This document shows positions 37,530 to 51,005 of a DNA stretch of 64,000 nucleotides, piece after piece (positions within the stretch are counted from its first letter, which is position 1; each line of letters begins with the position of its first letter). The notes under the pieces are model-generated. The model was not told where the DNA came from, ran no database searches, and saw only the letters and a program-made list of their open reading frames with translations. The stretch is from Octopus vulgaris (lineage: Eukaryota), in assembly GCA_951406725.2 (NCBI GenBank), contig OX597814.1, positions 25,358,001 through 25,422,000 on the forward strand, read 5' to 3'. A program made the position numbers and the translations under genes.

Positions 37530-38100
37530 GTGATATGTGGTGTGTAGTCATGATAAACTTGTAGTCAGTTGATCTGATAGGTGCTCGGGAAGAGGTAAGC
37601 TTTAAAATGAGAAAAAGATCACGGGTGTTTGGTGGAGTATTTTTATGTATGTCAGGATGCAGTTAGTGGATGAAACTAGTTGATGTAAGAAAGTTTAGGA
37701 TTGTAGAAAATTTGGGTTTATGCCATTGGAATCATTATCAAATGACTGAGAGCTGAGAAAGAGTTGTGAGTCTTGAAGAGCAATGATTTCAAGGAGGGGT
37801 GATATGTGAAGAGATATGATCAGTAAGTTTTTGTTGTGAGAAGTTAAGGACAGAGACTCTTAGCTACATTGCCTAATAATTTTTGTAGCCAAAATCCAGG
37901 TGAGAAATGAGATTAATGGAAAGATTAGAATCTCTATATGCATAGACAAAACAGTTTAGTTTGAAGTTTGACTAAACATTGAAATCTGGGCTGTAGCAAT
38001 GAACTATAAAATGTGATGTGAGAAATTTGTACTATTGTAAATAGGATGTGGTGTTTATATGGTAGTAAAAGTTTTGATTAGATATTTCTTAATTTAGAAT
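37530..38100 (-). mobile_element. CR1/L2-group LINE APE fragment, highly decayed
   Basis: LTTLSQLSVI***FQWH...PPNTRDLFL...PIRSTDYKFI resembles GDFNxH..NTLDLFL..PLGSSDH. Confidence 0.4.
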
Positions 38101-39056
38101 AGGTATACATAGCGACTAATAGGAATGGTGTTCGTACAACCGACTTAACTTATTGACAATGGGATTTAGTTTATATTTATATGATAAAATCATTGTAGTT
38201 GCTGACAGCAACTCTGAGCTTAAAATTGTTAAAGGTCAACTGGCACAAATCATTCTTATCATGAAGAACTTACTATTTCAAATAAAATTTGAAGAACTTT
38301 ACAGAATTATGAATATACCCTTATGAAAAACTTTAGTATTTCGAATAAAATTTCTAAACTGTAACACAATTATAAGTGTGCTAGCCATGATGACTTCTAG
38401 ATTTTGCATCAGATAGGTTATATTGATAAATTTCTAGACATTACATCTAATTACTTACAATATAAATTTAATAATACATTTACAATTTGATAATATAACA
38501 CACAAATGATAAATTTTTATTTCTTTTTTTCTTCTTTTTCTTTAACTATTCTGTTATCTTTTCTGATAAAAGGCACATGTCAAAACAATGACATTTCCCA
38601 AAAATATGAACTTTTGTGTGAAAATTATATTTTCAAACACCATGTAAGTCTTTAATGAATTCTTGTTTTGATTTTTAACATAGCTTTTCTTTTTTTTTAG
38701 GATCATTTTGAAAGTTGTAATGCTGTTTTCATTTAACTTCATGTTAAGTTGGACCGAACAAACATACAAAGATATTCCAACCATAACCACCCTATCTTAT
38801 TTTCCCTTCAGATATAATGCATCTGGAATCAAATTCCTCAATATAACCATTTTTTATAAGGTGGTAAAGGTTGATTTGATGGAGATAGTATCACTCTTTC
38901 AAGCAGGAACAATAACTGTGTTGAGGCTTCTTCATTAGCTCAAAACATAAAATGTCATCAGTATAAAAGAGAACAACCTAATGAACTGAAAGCCAAATGT
39001 CTCTTAATGCATCAATATTGTGTCAGGCTGCTCTTATGCACTACAAGTAACATATA

Positions 39057-39291
39057 TATTTCTTTACTACCCACAGGGGGCTAAACGCAGAGGGGACAAA
39101 CAAGGACAGACAAAGAGATTAAGTCAATTACATCGACCCCAGTGCGTAATTGGTACTTAATTTATCGACCTCGAAAGGATGAAAGGCAAAGTCGACCTCG
39201 GCGGAATTTGAACTGGGAACGTAACGACAGACAAAATACGGCTACGCATTTCGCTCGGCATGTTAACGTTTCTGCTAGCTCGCCACCTTCA
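39057..39291 (-). mobile_element. SINE family B, full length, with 22-bp TSD
   Basis: tRNA-like head; TATGCACTACAAGTAACATATA at both 39035-39056 and 39292-39313. Confidence 0.9.
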
Positions 39292-39875
39292 TATGCACTA
39301 CAAGTAACATATAACCCAGTACAACCTGTTGCATGGTTGAGTTTTCAGTAACTAAAGTGGTAACCCCCATCAAGATTGTGTGATGATGAAAGATTATCAG
39401 ACACCTTGTGGGATAAAAAAAAATACAACAAAGGGATGAAGGACTCAGGAGAGTCAATGGCTATCCAATATTACGTAAGAAATAAGAAGGGAAGAAAAGG
39501 CAGTGACTACCTTGTACGTGGGGAGATCAACAGATTGAAAGGAAGCTATGAGATGGTGACTCAGAAAAATCACCCAAGCCATGTTTTCGTATTCAGTGAT
39601 TGAATGAATAGTTTTACTGAATCAATCACCAGAGTTGGGTGTGGAAGTCGATTGAACTGTGAAACCTGACTGGTTAGGATTGGTTGTTCAACCGCGTTGA
39701 AGGATGATCATGATGATCAGGTAAAACATATTTCTATGCTTTCCAGGTACATGCTTTCACTTGTCTGACTACACATTTTTTTTTCTTTGCTTCAGATTAT
39801 ATTTGTGTAGCTTGTCTGATCTGCAGCTATACACACACACATATGAATATACACTTATATATTTTTTCATGTATG

Positions 39876-39909
<34 letters not shown>

Positions 39910-40010
39910 AGTGTGTATGAGTGTATGTATATTCATACGTATTTGTGCAATATATATGTATGAATATATATTATATATATAATATACAAACATGCACATA
40001 TGTATGTATG

Positions 40011-40043
<33 letters not shown>

Positions 40044-40978
40044 ATGTACATATGCATGCTTATGATGATGTGTGAAAGTTATAAGAGGATAAGAGAAAAA
40101 GAAAATTTGAAAATAAAAACTGTGTATTTTCTACTTAGAGAAAATAGGAGAGATTGAATTTTAGAAGGAAAAAAATATTGAAATTTAATAAAATGAATAA
40201 TGTATGCAGCTTTTAAAGCTACATGCAATGTGTAAAGATATTTAGATTATTATTATAGCCAGGTTACTAAACCAGATTTTTCTCTATCACTATGGTTTAT
40301 TATATTAAAGTTGTTCTCCCTTGATTTGCATCTTCAGCAACTAAATATGAAGAGATTAATGAAGAAATAAAAAAAATTTAATTTATATAAAATATTTTCC
40401 AAATTTTCAAAAACGTATTGTATAATGAAATATTCGTATAAGTTGATAGCATAAAAAATATTTTGGAGAAAATGGGTTTTATTTATTTCCTGTTTTTGAG
40501 AGGATTTTCTGTGCAGAGGGAATAAAAAAGGACATGTTAAAGTAAAAACTGATTGCTTACATAAGCACAAGATAAATTTTGTAGCATTCTTGCCTGTGGT
40601 CTAATAGAATTTGTGATACATATAGGGAAAAAAATAAGATTACAAGCTGTTAAAACCTTTATGTCATCATTTGACTTATCAAAATCTCCCTTAGGTCACA
40701 CTCAACCATCTTAAATTTTAAAAATCTGATGCATTTGACAATATTTTCTGTGATATACAAAAAGATGGGATGGTCAAGGATGGAATGTCTTTATTAATAA
40801 GAGTACTTGATCAAGGCTAACAAGAAGTTAAGTATCAAGAATCAACATCTAGGTTTTGCTGACTCATGAGTTGCACCTGTTGTCAATTTAAAACCAGTAA
40901 CATCCAGGTTTGTTTATGCTGCTTTTATTCTTTTAGGCTTTCAGTGCAGAAAGCCCTTAATGCTCCTATCATTTAAAG

Positions 40979-43703
40979 CAGGGGTTCCCAACCTCGTCCA
41001 TGTGGACCGCTAGGTGGTCCACAGGAAAATCCAGGTAATCCACAGGAAAATTCAGATGGTCCGAAGAAAATTTTCTGTAGTCCACCTGAAGAATTAAATT
41101 TTTCCGTACATGCACATGTCATGCAAACGAAATATTCCTCATCGCATATGCATGAGCACATCCGAGTGCACTCATTGCCTATTGGATGATTAGCTATCCA
41201 ATCATACAGACGTGTACAATTGGATCCACATTTGCGTACATTAAAAACGCAAAAAATTGTATATTCTCGGCCAGTCAATGCGATCGTGTTTTCTACCTGA
41301 CTTTTGAATTGAGGATTACTAACGAAACTGCAGTTCTTACAGCTTACCCAACATATAGTATTATCTCTCCATATACATACATTTTTACGCAAGCGTTAGT
41401 CTAATTGTAATCTGTAGATATTTTGCTGTCAGTGTTATAGAAAAACGTTCCCTTAATTCTTCCTCCACCGACACGGAAAAAAGATTCTGTAGCTGATATC
41501 ATGAAGATTATATTAAATATAGTTTTGTATCCAGTGTAGAAGATCCTTTTTTACCACAGCGTATTATCTACTCAAACGTATTAACTAACGACTCAATGGA
41601 ACCCTAGAAATTGTTGTATCATCTACAAAAAATCCATCCTGGTTTACTTGGCAAACCAAAGCATTACTTCGACGAATACCATCACAAAAAAAAAATGTCT
41701 CATCTCCATCATTCAAAAACTTCCTCGCCCATACTAACAACCGTTCTGGCCTGCAGGCGTCCTATGACATTTCGCTCATGATAGCAAAAGAGGGTAGCCT
41801 ACATACCATTGGCGAAGATCTGATTAGGCCCTCCATATTTGACACATATAAAGTCGCTAATGTGCCAAACGCTGCCTCAGTCTTAGTAAGTATTCCACTT
41901 TCAAACAACATTGTATCTTCCCGCATTTGTGAAATGGCCGAAGATGTCGAATCCATAGCTGTAGAAGACTTGCGACACTGCTGATTCTCGTTGACGGTGG
42001 ATGACAGCACTTTCGACAACAAATGTGTTGTCCTTGCCTTTACTCGCTATGTGAAAGGTACCACAGTTTGTGAAAACCTACTCTTTATGAAAACCGTACT
42101 GAAAAACATGGGAGAGACGATCTACAATGCAGTCATGGATTATCTTACTAAAAATGGCATTGATACCCTCAACCTCATATCAATATGCACTGACAGAACA
42201 CTGTCTATGTTTGGCAAATCCCAGAGTTTGTTGCCAGATGGATAGATTTTAATCCCGTCTTCACAATTCATTGCATTATCCATCGAGAAAGCCTGATAGC
42301 AAAAAGAACTGGAAATAATATATTTTCCGAAACCTAAGACTTAATTGCTTCCACAGTAAAAAAAAAATCAAAAGATCTGCTCATCAAAACAGGCATTTTC
42401 AAGAAGCATGTGAAAATGAAACGTTGGACCATCAGTTGTATTCGACAGATATACACTGGATATCAATGGGAAGGTGTCTCAGATGTTTTATGGCACTTTT
42501 CGATAAAGTCATCGAGTTTCTTCAACAGACTGATCAAGCTATGACAGCATCACTTTCTCAAAAGAAACCTGTAATTTTTTATTTACATAAAATCTTTCAA
42601 AAACTTAATGATCTCAATATTTCTTTACAAAAACAAAACATCAACATTGTACAAGCCAGACACTTGATAAGGGCGTTTGTGAATAAACTCGTTCTTTGGA
42701 AACTTCAAATTGAAGATCATAACTTTCTACAGTTCGCAAACTTAAAAAACTGTTGTAGTAGATAACGACTTGCCTAAATATATAATCGGGTATCTATCTT
42801 TCCTTCCCAAAAACTTCAATATTCGTTTTGAAGACCTTTTGGCTTTAAATATCCCAATTTTTGTGGACTCCCTTCACATAATGTCTATGAACGATATACT
42901 TGTTCAACTAGAATGCGTTCAGATGGAGCTATGTGAGGCGACGGTAGATGATAATCTGCGCAAATCATCTGAAAACAACTGGGTCGAGGCTTGGTTGAAT
43001 CATATTCTCACGAATATCTAATGCTGTTTGACCAAGTCGAGCCTTTTATTATAAATCTCCCAACATCCTACTTGGCTGAAAAGGGATTTTCCCTAGTCCC
43101 CCACTCGTTCACGAAGCAGCTGAGGCATTGGAACCTCGATAACAATGCTGATTAGAGAATTCGCTTGAGCCAAAAAGAGCCAAGGATTTCTCAGTTGTGG
43201 ATAAAAAGCAAGCCCAAGGGTCTCGCTGAAGGCTACTTGACGTTTTTCCCGACGACTTGTCGCTAAAATTTTTAAGTTAATTCAAATTGTTGTTACATTT
43301 CCACAAACGTTTTCACAACCTTTTGAACTGATCCCAACATCACTCCTAACATTTTTTGAGTTTACCCTTCACATTGTTACATTTTAACTGTACAGCCTTT
43401 TTTCCTGAATAAAAGGGGGTGTTTTCCTTGACTCAGTAACCTTTTCTATTCGATTCTATCAAATAAAGCTTTCTTGAGAATCATGTGCATTTGCAAGTTG
43501 GTTTTTGTTATTGATGTTCTCACTTATTTGTTCTCTGTGATGTCCCTTACAAGAACGAGAAGGGAACTTTCATTGCAAAGTGAAAATTATACTAATATTT
43601 ATGAGAAGCAGTTCTTTTATAATAAATTTAAAATTCGAGGTGGTTCACAGGAAAAAATTATCTATTTTAGTGGTCCACAGCTAAAAAAGGTTGGGAACCC
43701 CTG
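40979..43703 (+). mobile_element. Full-length degenerate hAT transposon, Buster/Charlie family
   Basis: Perfect 16-bp TIR CAGGGGTTCCCAACCT; 8-bp TSD ATTTAAAG / ATTTATAG; TCCACAG(GAAAA)-type subterminal repeats at both ends. Confidence 0.93.
41470..43229 (+). pseudogene. hAT Buster-type transposase pseudogene
   Basis: BED-like YHEDYIKY..LTNDSMEP*KL..HL..IHP; HTIGEDLI; IPLSNNIVSSRI; VDDST; ISICTD; IHCIIHRE; LPTSYLAEKGFS; many stops and frameshifts. Confidence 0.88.
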
Positions 43704-44000
43704 ATTTATAGCAGCTAGTTCATCAATTTTAGATGATGAATTTTTAATTCTTCCTCTCTGCATCTTCTATGTGACAAAATTCCAGTATTGTTTCATGGTC
43801 TTGTAGGATCATGAAAATTTTTATGCCCATAGACATTTCACTCAACCACATATCACCAAAAGTTGCCTCTGCAGAGACCAGTTGCCCATATTATGCTATG
43901 AAGGTTGCTCTAGGCAAGGGTTACCAGTATCCCTAATGGAGACGCTTGTGTTTCTCTTTCAAAATATTTTGAGCCCAGCTACTGAACAGGTGTGTTACAT

Positions 44001-44401
44001 ACTCATTTACTTGTTTCAGTCATTTGACTGCGGCCATGCTAGAGCACCGCCTTTAGTCGAGCAAATCGACCCCAGGACTTATTCTTTGGAAGCCTAGTAC
44101 TTATTCTATCAGTCTCTTTTGCCGAACCGCTAAGTTACGGGGACGTAAACACACCAACATCGGTTGTCAAGCGATGTTGGGGGGACAAACACAAACACAC
44201 AAACATATACACATACGTACATATATATATATATACATATATACGACGGGCTTCTTTCAGTTTCCGCCTACCAAATCCACTCACAAGGCATTGGTCGGCC
44301 TGAGGCTATAGTAGAAGACAGTTGCCCAAGGTGCCATGCAGTGGGACTGAACCTTGAACAATGTGGTTCGTAAGCAAGCTACTTACCACACAGCCGCTCC
44401 T
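44001..44401 (-). mobile_element. tRNA-derived SINE family A, full length
   Basis: Head GGAGCGGCTGTGTGGTAAG (A box), GGTTCAGTCCC (B box), internal (TA/TG)n, tail GAAACAAGTAAA. Confidence 0.9.
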
Positions 44402-44662
44402 ACATCTCTGTTCTAAAGGTTACATATATAGTTTCATATTTCCCTTCTCTCCCAATGAAGGATATTTCACTGAAACTATCAGCCAGAGCTGACTCCAATT
44501 CTTGCTTGGATGGAACAAGAAAGCTGGTTCTTGTTACTTTCCTCCTCTCACAGCACTTTATTTATTTGGAGTCAGCTCTGGCTGATAGTTTCAGTGAAAT
44601 ATCTTTCATTGGGAGAGAAGGGAAATATGAAACTATATATGTAACCTTTAGAACAGAGATGT

Positions 44663-44921
44663 GGGAGTGGCTGTGTGGTAAGTAGCTTCCTTACGAACCA
44701 CATGGTTCCAGGTTCAGTCCCACTGCGTGGCACCTTGGGCAAGTGTCTTCTACTATAGCCTCAGGCCGACCAATGCCTTGTGAGTGGATTTGGTAGACAG
44801 AAACTGAAAGAAGCCCATCCTATATATGTTTATATATATATGTACGTGTGTGTATATGTTTGTGTGTTTGTGTTTGCCCCCCCCCCCCCCAACATCGCTT
44901 GACAACCGATGTTGGTGTGTT
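44663..44921 (+). mobile_element. SINE family A, 3'-truncated
   Basis: ggagtggctgtgtggtaagtagc...ggttcagtcccactgcgtggcaccttgggcaag. Confidence 0.9.
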
Positions 44922-45180
44922 ATAGCAACCCAGCATCTACCCTGTCTTTAAATGTTTCAAGCATTTTATTTTCCTGTGAAAGCTTCCATATCAAATTGTT
45001 TTCTATGAAAGTTTGTAAAGGATGTCTTTTCTTTAGTCATGTTTACACTTGTTGTGTTGCATGCGTGCATATTGTTATTGTTCAGAAATACTTCTTAAAT
45101 ACAATAAATTATTAAGCCAGGCACTCTGTCATTCATAGTAATCCTTTTTCTGACACAGTCACATCACATCATTATACATT

Positions 45181-45406
45181 TACTCTTTTACTCTCTTACT
45201 CTTTTACTTGTTTCAATCATTTGACTGCGACGATGATGGAGCACCGCCTTTAGTCGAGCAAATCGACCCCAGGACTTATTCTTTGTAAGCCTAGTACTTA
45301 TTCTATCGATCTCTTTTGCCAAACTGCTAAGTAACGGGGATGTAAACACACCAGCATCGGTTGTCAAGCGATGTTGGGAGGACAAACACAGACACACCAA
45401 CATATG

Positions 45407-45480
<74 letters not shown>

Positions 45481-45643
45481 CATAGGGCTTCTTTCAGTTT
45501 CCGTCTACCAAATCCACTCACAAGGCATTGGTCGGCCCGAGGCTATAGTAGAAGACAGTTGCTCAAGGTGTCACACAGTGGGACTGAACCTGGAACCATG
45601 TGGTTCGTAAGCAAGCTACTTACCACACAGCCACTCCTACGCC
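45181..45643 (-). mobile_element. SINE family A, full length with expanded internal (TA)n
   Basis: Colinear with 44001-44401. Confidence 0.9.
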
Positions 45644-45661
45644 TTTGTGAAAAGAATGCAG

Positions 45662-45826
45662 TTGACGATATCGATCCCAGTCTTTGACAAATATTTATTT
45701 TACCAACTTCAAAAGAATGAAGGGCAAAGTTGACTTCAGCCGAATTTGAACTCAGGACATAAAGACAGACAAAATGCCACTAATCATTTTGTCTAGCATG
45801 CTGATGATTCTGCCAGCTCACTGCCT
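45662..45826 (-). mobile_element. SINE family B, partial
   Basis: gggcaaagttgacttcagccgaatttgaactcag...gattctgccagctcactgcc. Confidence 0.75.
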
Positions 45827-45932
45827 TTCCCTGTCATAATAATAATAGTGAGTCATTTTTAACCCATAAACAAAGTCAAAAATATATTGCAAGGGTAAAG
45901 ACAATTTTATCAGCCCCTGTTATTTAACCAAT

Positions 45933-46316
45933 ACTCTTTTATTTGTTTTAGTCATTTGACTGCGGCCATGCTGGAGCACTCTAGACGAACGAATCAACCC
46001 CAGGGCTTATTCTTTGTAAGCCTAACACTTATTCTATTGGTCTCTTTTGCCAAATCGCAAAGTTGTGGGGGTATAAACACACCAGCATTGGTTGTCAAGT
46101 GACGGTGGGAGGACAAATACAAAGGCACAAACACACACAGGCACACGCACACATATATGTATGATGGGCTTCTTTCAGTTTCCATCTACCAAATCCACTC
46201 ACAAGGCTTTGGTCAGCCTGAGGCTATAGTAGAAGACATCCAAGGTGCCACACAGTGGGACTGAACCTGGAACCATGTGGTTGGTAAGCAAGTTTCCACA
46301 CAGTCACTCCTGTGCC
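45933..46316 (-). mobile_element. SINE family A
   Basis: Colinear with the other family A copies. Confidence 0.88.
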
Positions 46317-46919
46317 TCTTCTTAATTATATCAATCCCTAGAAGGATGGAAAGTAAATTTGACATCAATGATTTATAAACTTATCCTGTAGAGTATCATG
46401 GATAAATACGGCTCTACCTGTCCTTTCAAAAAACCACTGTTAGTAATAATAATAATAATAATAATAATAATTATTATTATTATTATTTCTTGGATAAGCA
46501 AAAGGCTAGAAAATTTCAGTGAAAAGAACAATCAATTAAATTGACATCTTTTTGTTTTATTTTATCAATCTTGGAAGGTTGAAAGGCAAAGTTGACTTTG
46601 GCAGGATTTGAAATCAGAATGTAAAGTGCCAAAATAAATACAGCAAGGTATTTTATTAAATGCTATAATGATTCTTCCAGTTTTCTACCCTCATGTCATT
46701 ACACTAGTTTTTTCTAACATTTTCACAAGATGAAAGTTAGAAGAGAGGAATCAGTCAACTAAATCAAACCCACTACTGAACTGGTAATTCATTTTCTCAA
46801 ACCTAGAAACATAAAACCTGCAGCAGGATATGAACTCAAAATACCGAGTCAGAATAAATACAGGAAGGCAGTTTTTTTCTGATGCTTTAACGATTCTGCC
46901 AATCCGTTACCCTCGATTC

Positions 46920-46965
<46 letters not shown>

Positions 46966-49900
46966 AAAGTGAGAGAATTAGCAAGATTAGTATGACTATG
47001 TTCAACATGTATGCAAATTTTACCTACAAAAACGGTTGACTGAGCAGCAAAGTTAATAGTGTGCATAGTAAATGAGTCAATAAACCAATATTCCTACTGA
47101 GCTGGAACTTTTATGTTTGGTCTAGACTCTGTTTGCAAAGGAAATCTTCAATAGCTGGAAGCCTTCTGCATGGAATTAAGCAATATGCTTATAAATGTAG
47201 TTAGATAATAACATTAAGTTTAGAATTTAAACAAAGATATTTCATTTATATAAAGTTTCACTATTTAAAAAAAAAAAACATAATGTAATATAACTCATCA
47301 TTTTACACTATATTAAAAATTATGCCACCTACAATTTGAAGAATATCTAAGATTCTACTATTTTAAAAATGCATTTCCTTAATTTTTCTTTTTTATTTTT
47401 AGAAAATAGTAATAATCTTCTATTTTATACACATCAAAGGTTGTATATCAGTTGCAATGTAAGCATTATAAACTAAGGTATTCACATGAAAAGAGAAGCA
47501 TTATTTTTACCAAAATGATTCATTAGACATAAAAGGAGTGTTAAGCATCATTTTCTACAGTTAATGAAGTGGAAAGATTTCTAAGATTATTTCCACATCA
47601 TTTAATATAGGAAAAGAGAGATAGAGAAAAAAAAATAATTAAAGCTGTCATAGTATGAAAATGTTTGCCTTAAGTTGAGATAATGGATTTAGTTTTTATC
47701 TAAATGTCCATATATGTTCCTCTTTGTGTACGTATAAGCGTGTATGAATGTATGCATATGTGTGTATACTGAAGCATTTTTATCTGTTTTTGTGCATGTT
47801 TTTTTGTTCCTGTTGATGTAGTTTTTGTGTTTATTTATATATCTGTTGTCTTCGGTATCTAATGTTTGAATGCTTCTGTTTGTTTTACATAAGTGTATTG
47901 TGCATACTCTAATTACTGTTCAGGTACACTTAGATCAACAGGAGTGTTATCAAATATTTCTCTTTATTAAGGTAACAAGTGAAACTTACAAAATTATTCA
48001 GGATATTATAACCATCAAATTTTGTTAGTTTATATTAATGATTTTTATATTTGGTTTTTATGATGAGTAAGTGCCTGAGCTAACAGGATACCTGACAACT
48101 AAGTTAGCAGTTCAGAGTCTTCTTCCTGACATTGCACTGTAAATATGAGTGGCATTGCTCTCAGTAGTATGTTAGAGACATAAGTGACAGCAATGCTGTA
48201 GAGTTGAGAGGCATACTGGCTCATAGTATTCAGTCAAGTTTTTTTCTCACAAGTTGTATGTGATAAAATCTGAGTTTTCTCATGGGAAATATTTATCTCT
48301 CGTCTAGTCAGTACCTCATTAAACTGAAAATAATCAACAAGCATTATGGATGCTTTTATGACTTAACTCTCTCTCTCTCTCTTCAAGCATCCACATATTT
48401 TGTTTCTTGTATGATGAAGAATTCACTTAATACTCTTGATTTAAAAAGGCTAGACTTTATGACTAAAAATTTGCAAACTGTAAAAAATATGCAAATTGAA
48501 TATATTTTCTCCTTATTACTAGAAGATGATGGAGACTGGTCTGAGTGGTACAAAGTTTTAAAAATATAAAATCTTTCAATGTCAAGAAATGATGGTTATG
48601 AGGTTTGAAGTCCACAAATTGACACATGTGTGCGAGTATAAATGTGCATGTTTGTGGTTATTTACCTAATCCTATCAAAGTAGGTTTGTTAAGTTCAGAG
48701 GGTAGAAAGATTTATAGATGAATGTTCAACTAAAAGTGTTTTTCCAAAGTAGCCGAAGAATCTAGAATTTCTGTTCTTTGGGTAGAATAGATTCTTCCTT
48801 AGGCAAAAACCTAGGTTTGAAATCAATTACTATTGATTAGGTACACACAAAAATACACTAAACCTTATTCACTGATTAACTGGTGAAAATAAAATTTTCT
48901 CAAGTAAACCCTGTTGATTGAGATTGTGTTGTATTCGTTTTATTATGGTATAAAATCTATGCTTTTACACAAGATTTCCATTACAGGCCAAAGAAAAGAA
49001 TATGAATTTGTTTGCATGGCACTACTGTCAAAAGTCACTGAATTATCCATTAGGATAATGGCTAACTTTATAATTAAAAAAATCTCACTACATACCTACA
49101 AAATGTTCAAGACATTTTATCGAGACCTTTCACAATATTCCTTTGCTTTTTAGAATTGGTCTTTTTGCCTAATGAGCTGTAACAAACTTAGGTAAATATT
49201 TTTGCTGTACAACATAAAAACAATATCAGTTTTTCTTTCAACAAAATTACATTGAACATTTGGACCAAATGTTCCAAGCTTTAATCCCAGTGGTATCCTG
49301 GTAATACAGACAAAATGATCAGATAATTAAAAAAGTGTGAATAAATGAAAATGTTTAATTAATCATTATTTGCCAGGTGTGCTGCTTACAGAGTAACATT
49401 ACAAATAATTCTTAGAGAATATGGCTTCTTTGAAGGGTGAGTTATTACTCTTCACTTGGTGTTGGGGCTGATTACAGAGAATCTGTAAATGAAAGAATTT
49501 CCAAGGGAGGAACTGGCTTTATTAGTACCACATAGTCATTATCTTTATAACTATCTGTCATTCAATTGTGTGAACCACATTTCTCATGTCAGAATTTTGA
49601 TGTGTTTGAATTTATAGGCAAAAAATTTTAAACTATTATGGTTCATTGTTAGAGAGAATATGTGAACAATATAAATTCTATTCATGTATACAAAATCCAC
49701 TTAATGCATACAAATGCCATTTATTTAAACCAAACTTCATTTACCACCGCCTACTATTCCATTATCAAGCTGTGTCCTCTCTCTGTCTCTTCTATTTCTA
49801 CTATAATATCCCCTGCTTTTTTGGAATTGAAGAGTCTACACCTGTCTAAAGTAGCTCAATTTCACTCACTGACCCCAGTGTCTCCTGTCTCAGACTCTTG

Positions 49901-50231
49901 TCTAACCATTTCTATCTCCCCATTTACCCCCTACACATGAACTCTCTTCCTTCTTTTTAGTTTTCTCTCTTTATCTCATTCTTTGCCTTCTCTTTTTATG
50001 TCCTTCTTTCATTAACTCACTCTCCTTCTTTCATCTTTTATTCTTCTATACATACAAATACTCTCATCTCAGTATCTCCCCAGCCTCTCCTATCATCTTC
50101 ACTTCTCTCCTACTTTACCATGTCTGCTTCATTTTACCACACTCTTCACACACTCTAGAATATCATTTGTGCCCATTATAAATTTTCGATTCTGCACTCT
50201 CTCATTCTCTTTCTCTCTCTCTTTCTTTCTT

Positions 50232-50262
<31 letters not shown>

Positions 50263-50907
50263 TTTACATGCATACACATACACACGTGCATGTATAAACT
50301 AAAAACCTTATACTTCCTTTTTATTATATTATATTTATCATTAAATTATATTACATTTTTCCTTTGTTATTGTTGTTTATGCGTTATTTATATTTTTGCT
50401 CTTGTTTCTTATTTATTTATCATGGTCTTTAGTAAACACTTAGCTTTGTTTTTATTTAGCTGTCATTAAACAACATAGAAGAGATTTCAAGGAATCTTGT
50501 TATCTCTACTTCTATTCTGTGTATTTCCTTCCTGGAATGGCATATATCTGCTGATGAGACTAGATTGTTGAATAATGTAACATGTAGAGAGTTAGATAGA
50601 GAGGAAAGAAAGTGAGAAAGAGAGTTGAGAGAGAATATTTTGAAAGGAAGACTGTGAGAAGGTAGGAGAATTGAATCTTTTGAGACATAGCAATATTCAG
50701 ATAAAGAGAGCCAATATTGGGAGAGAAAGGAAGAGGATAAGTAAAAGGCAGAGAGGTAAAGAGACACAGATAGAAGAAAACAAAGCAACAGACAGCCAGA
50801 AGGAGAGAAAAGGGTGGTATGCTCACAGACACAGACAAATGCATGTAAATATATATATATATATGTGCATGTGTGTATGTGTATGTATGTATATGTATGT
50901 ATGCATG

Positions 50908-50908
50908 T

Positions 50909-50973
<65 letters not shown>

Positions 50974-51005
50974 CAGATGGATAGATAGACAGACAGACAG
51001 ACAGA
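50908..51005. repeat. (GATA)n/(GACA)n microsatellite
   Basis: Direct reading. Confidence 0.95.

Noticed and set aside
44663-44730. tRNA genes at SINE heads
   Set aside because: A and B boxes are present, but no full cloverleaf, and each continues into a SINE body.
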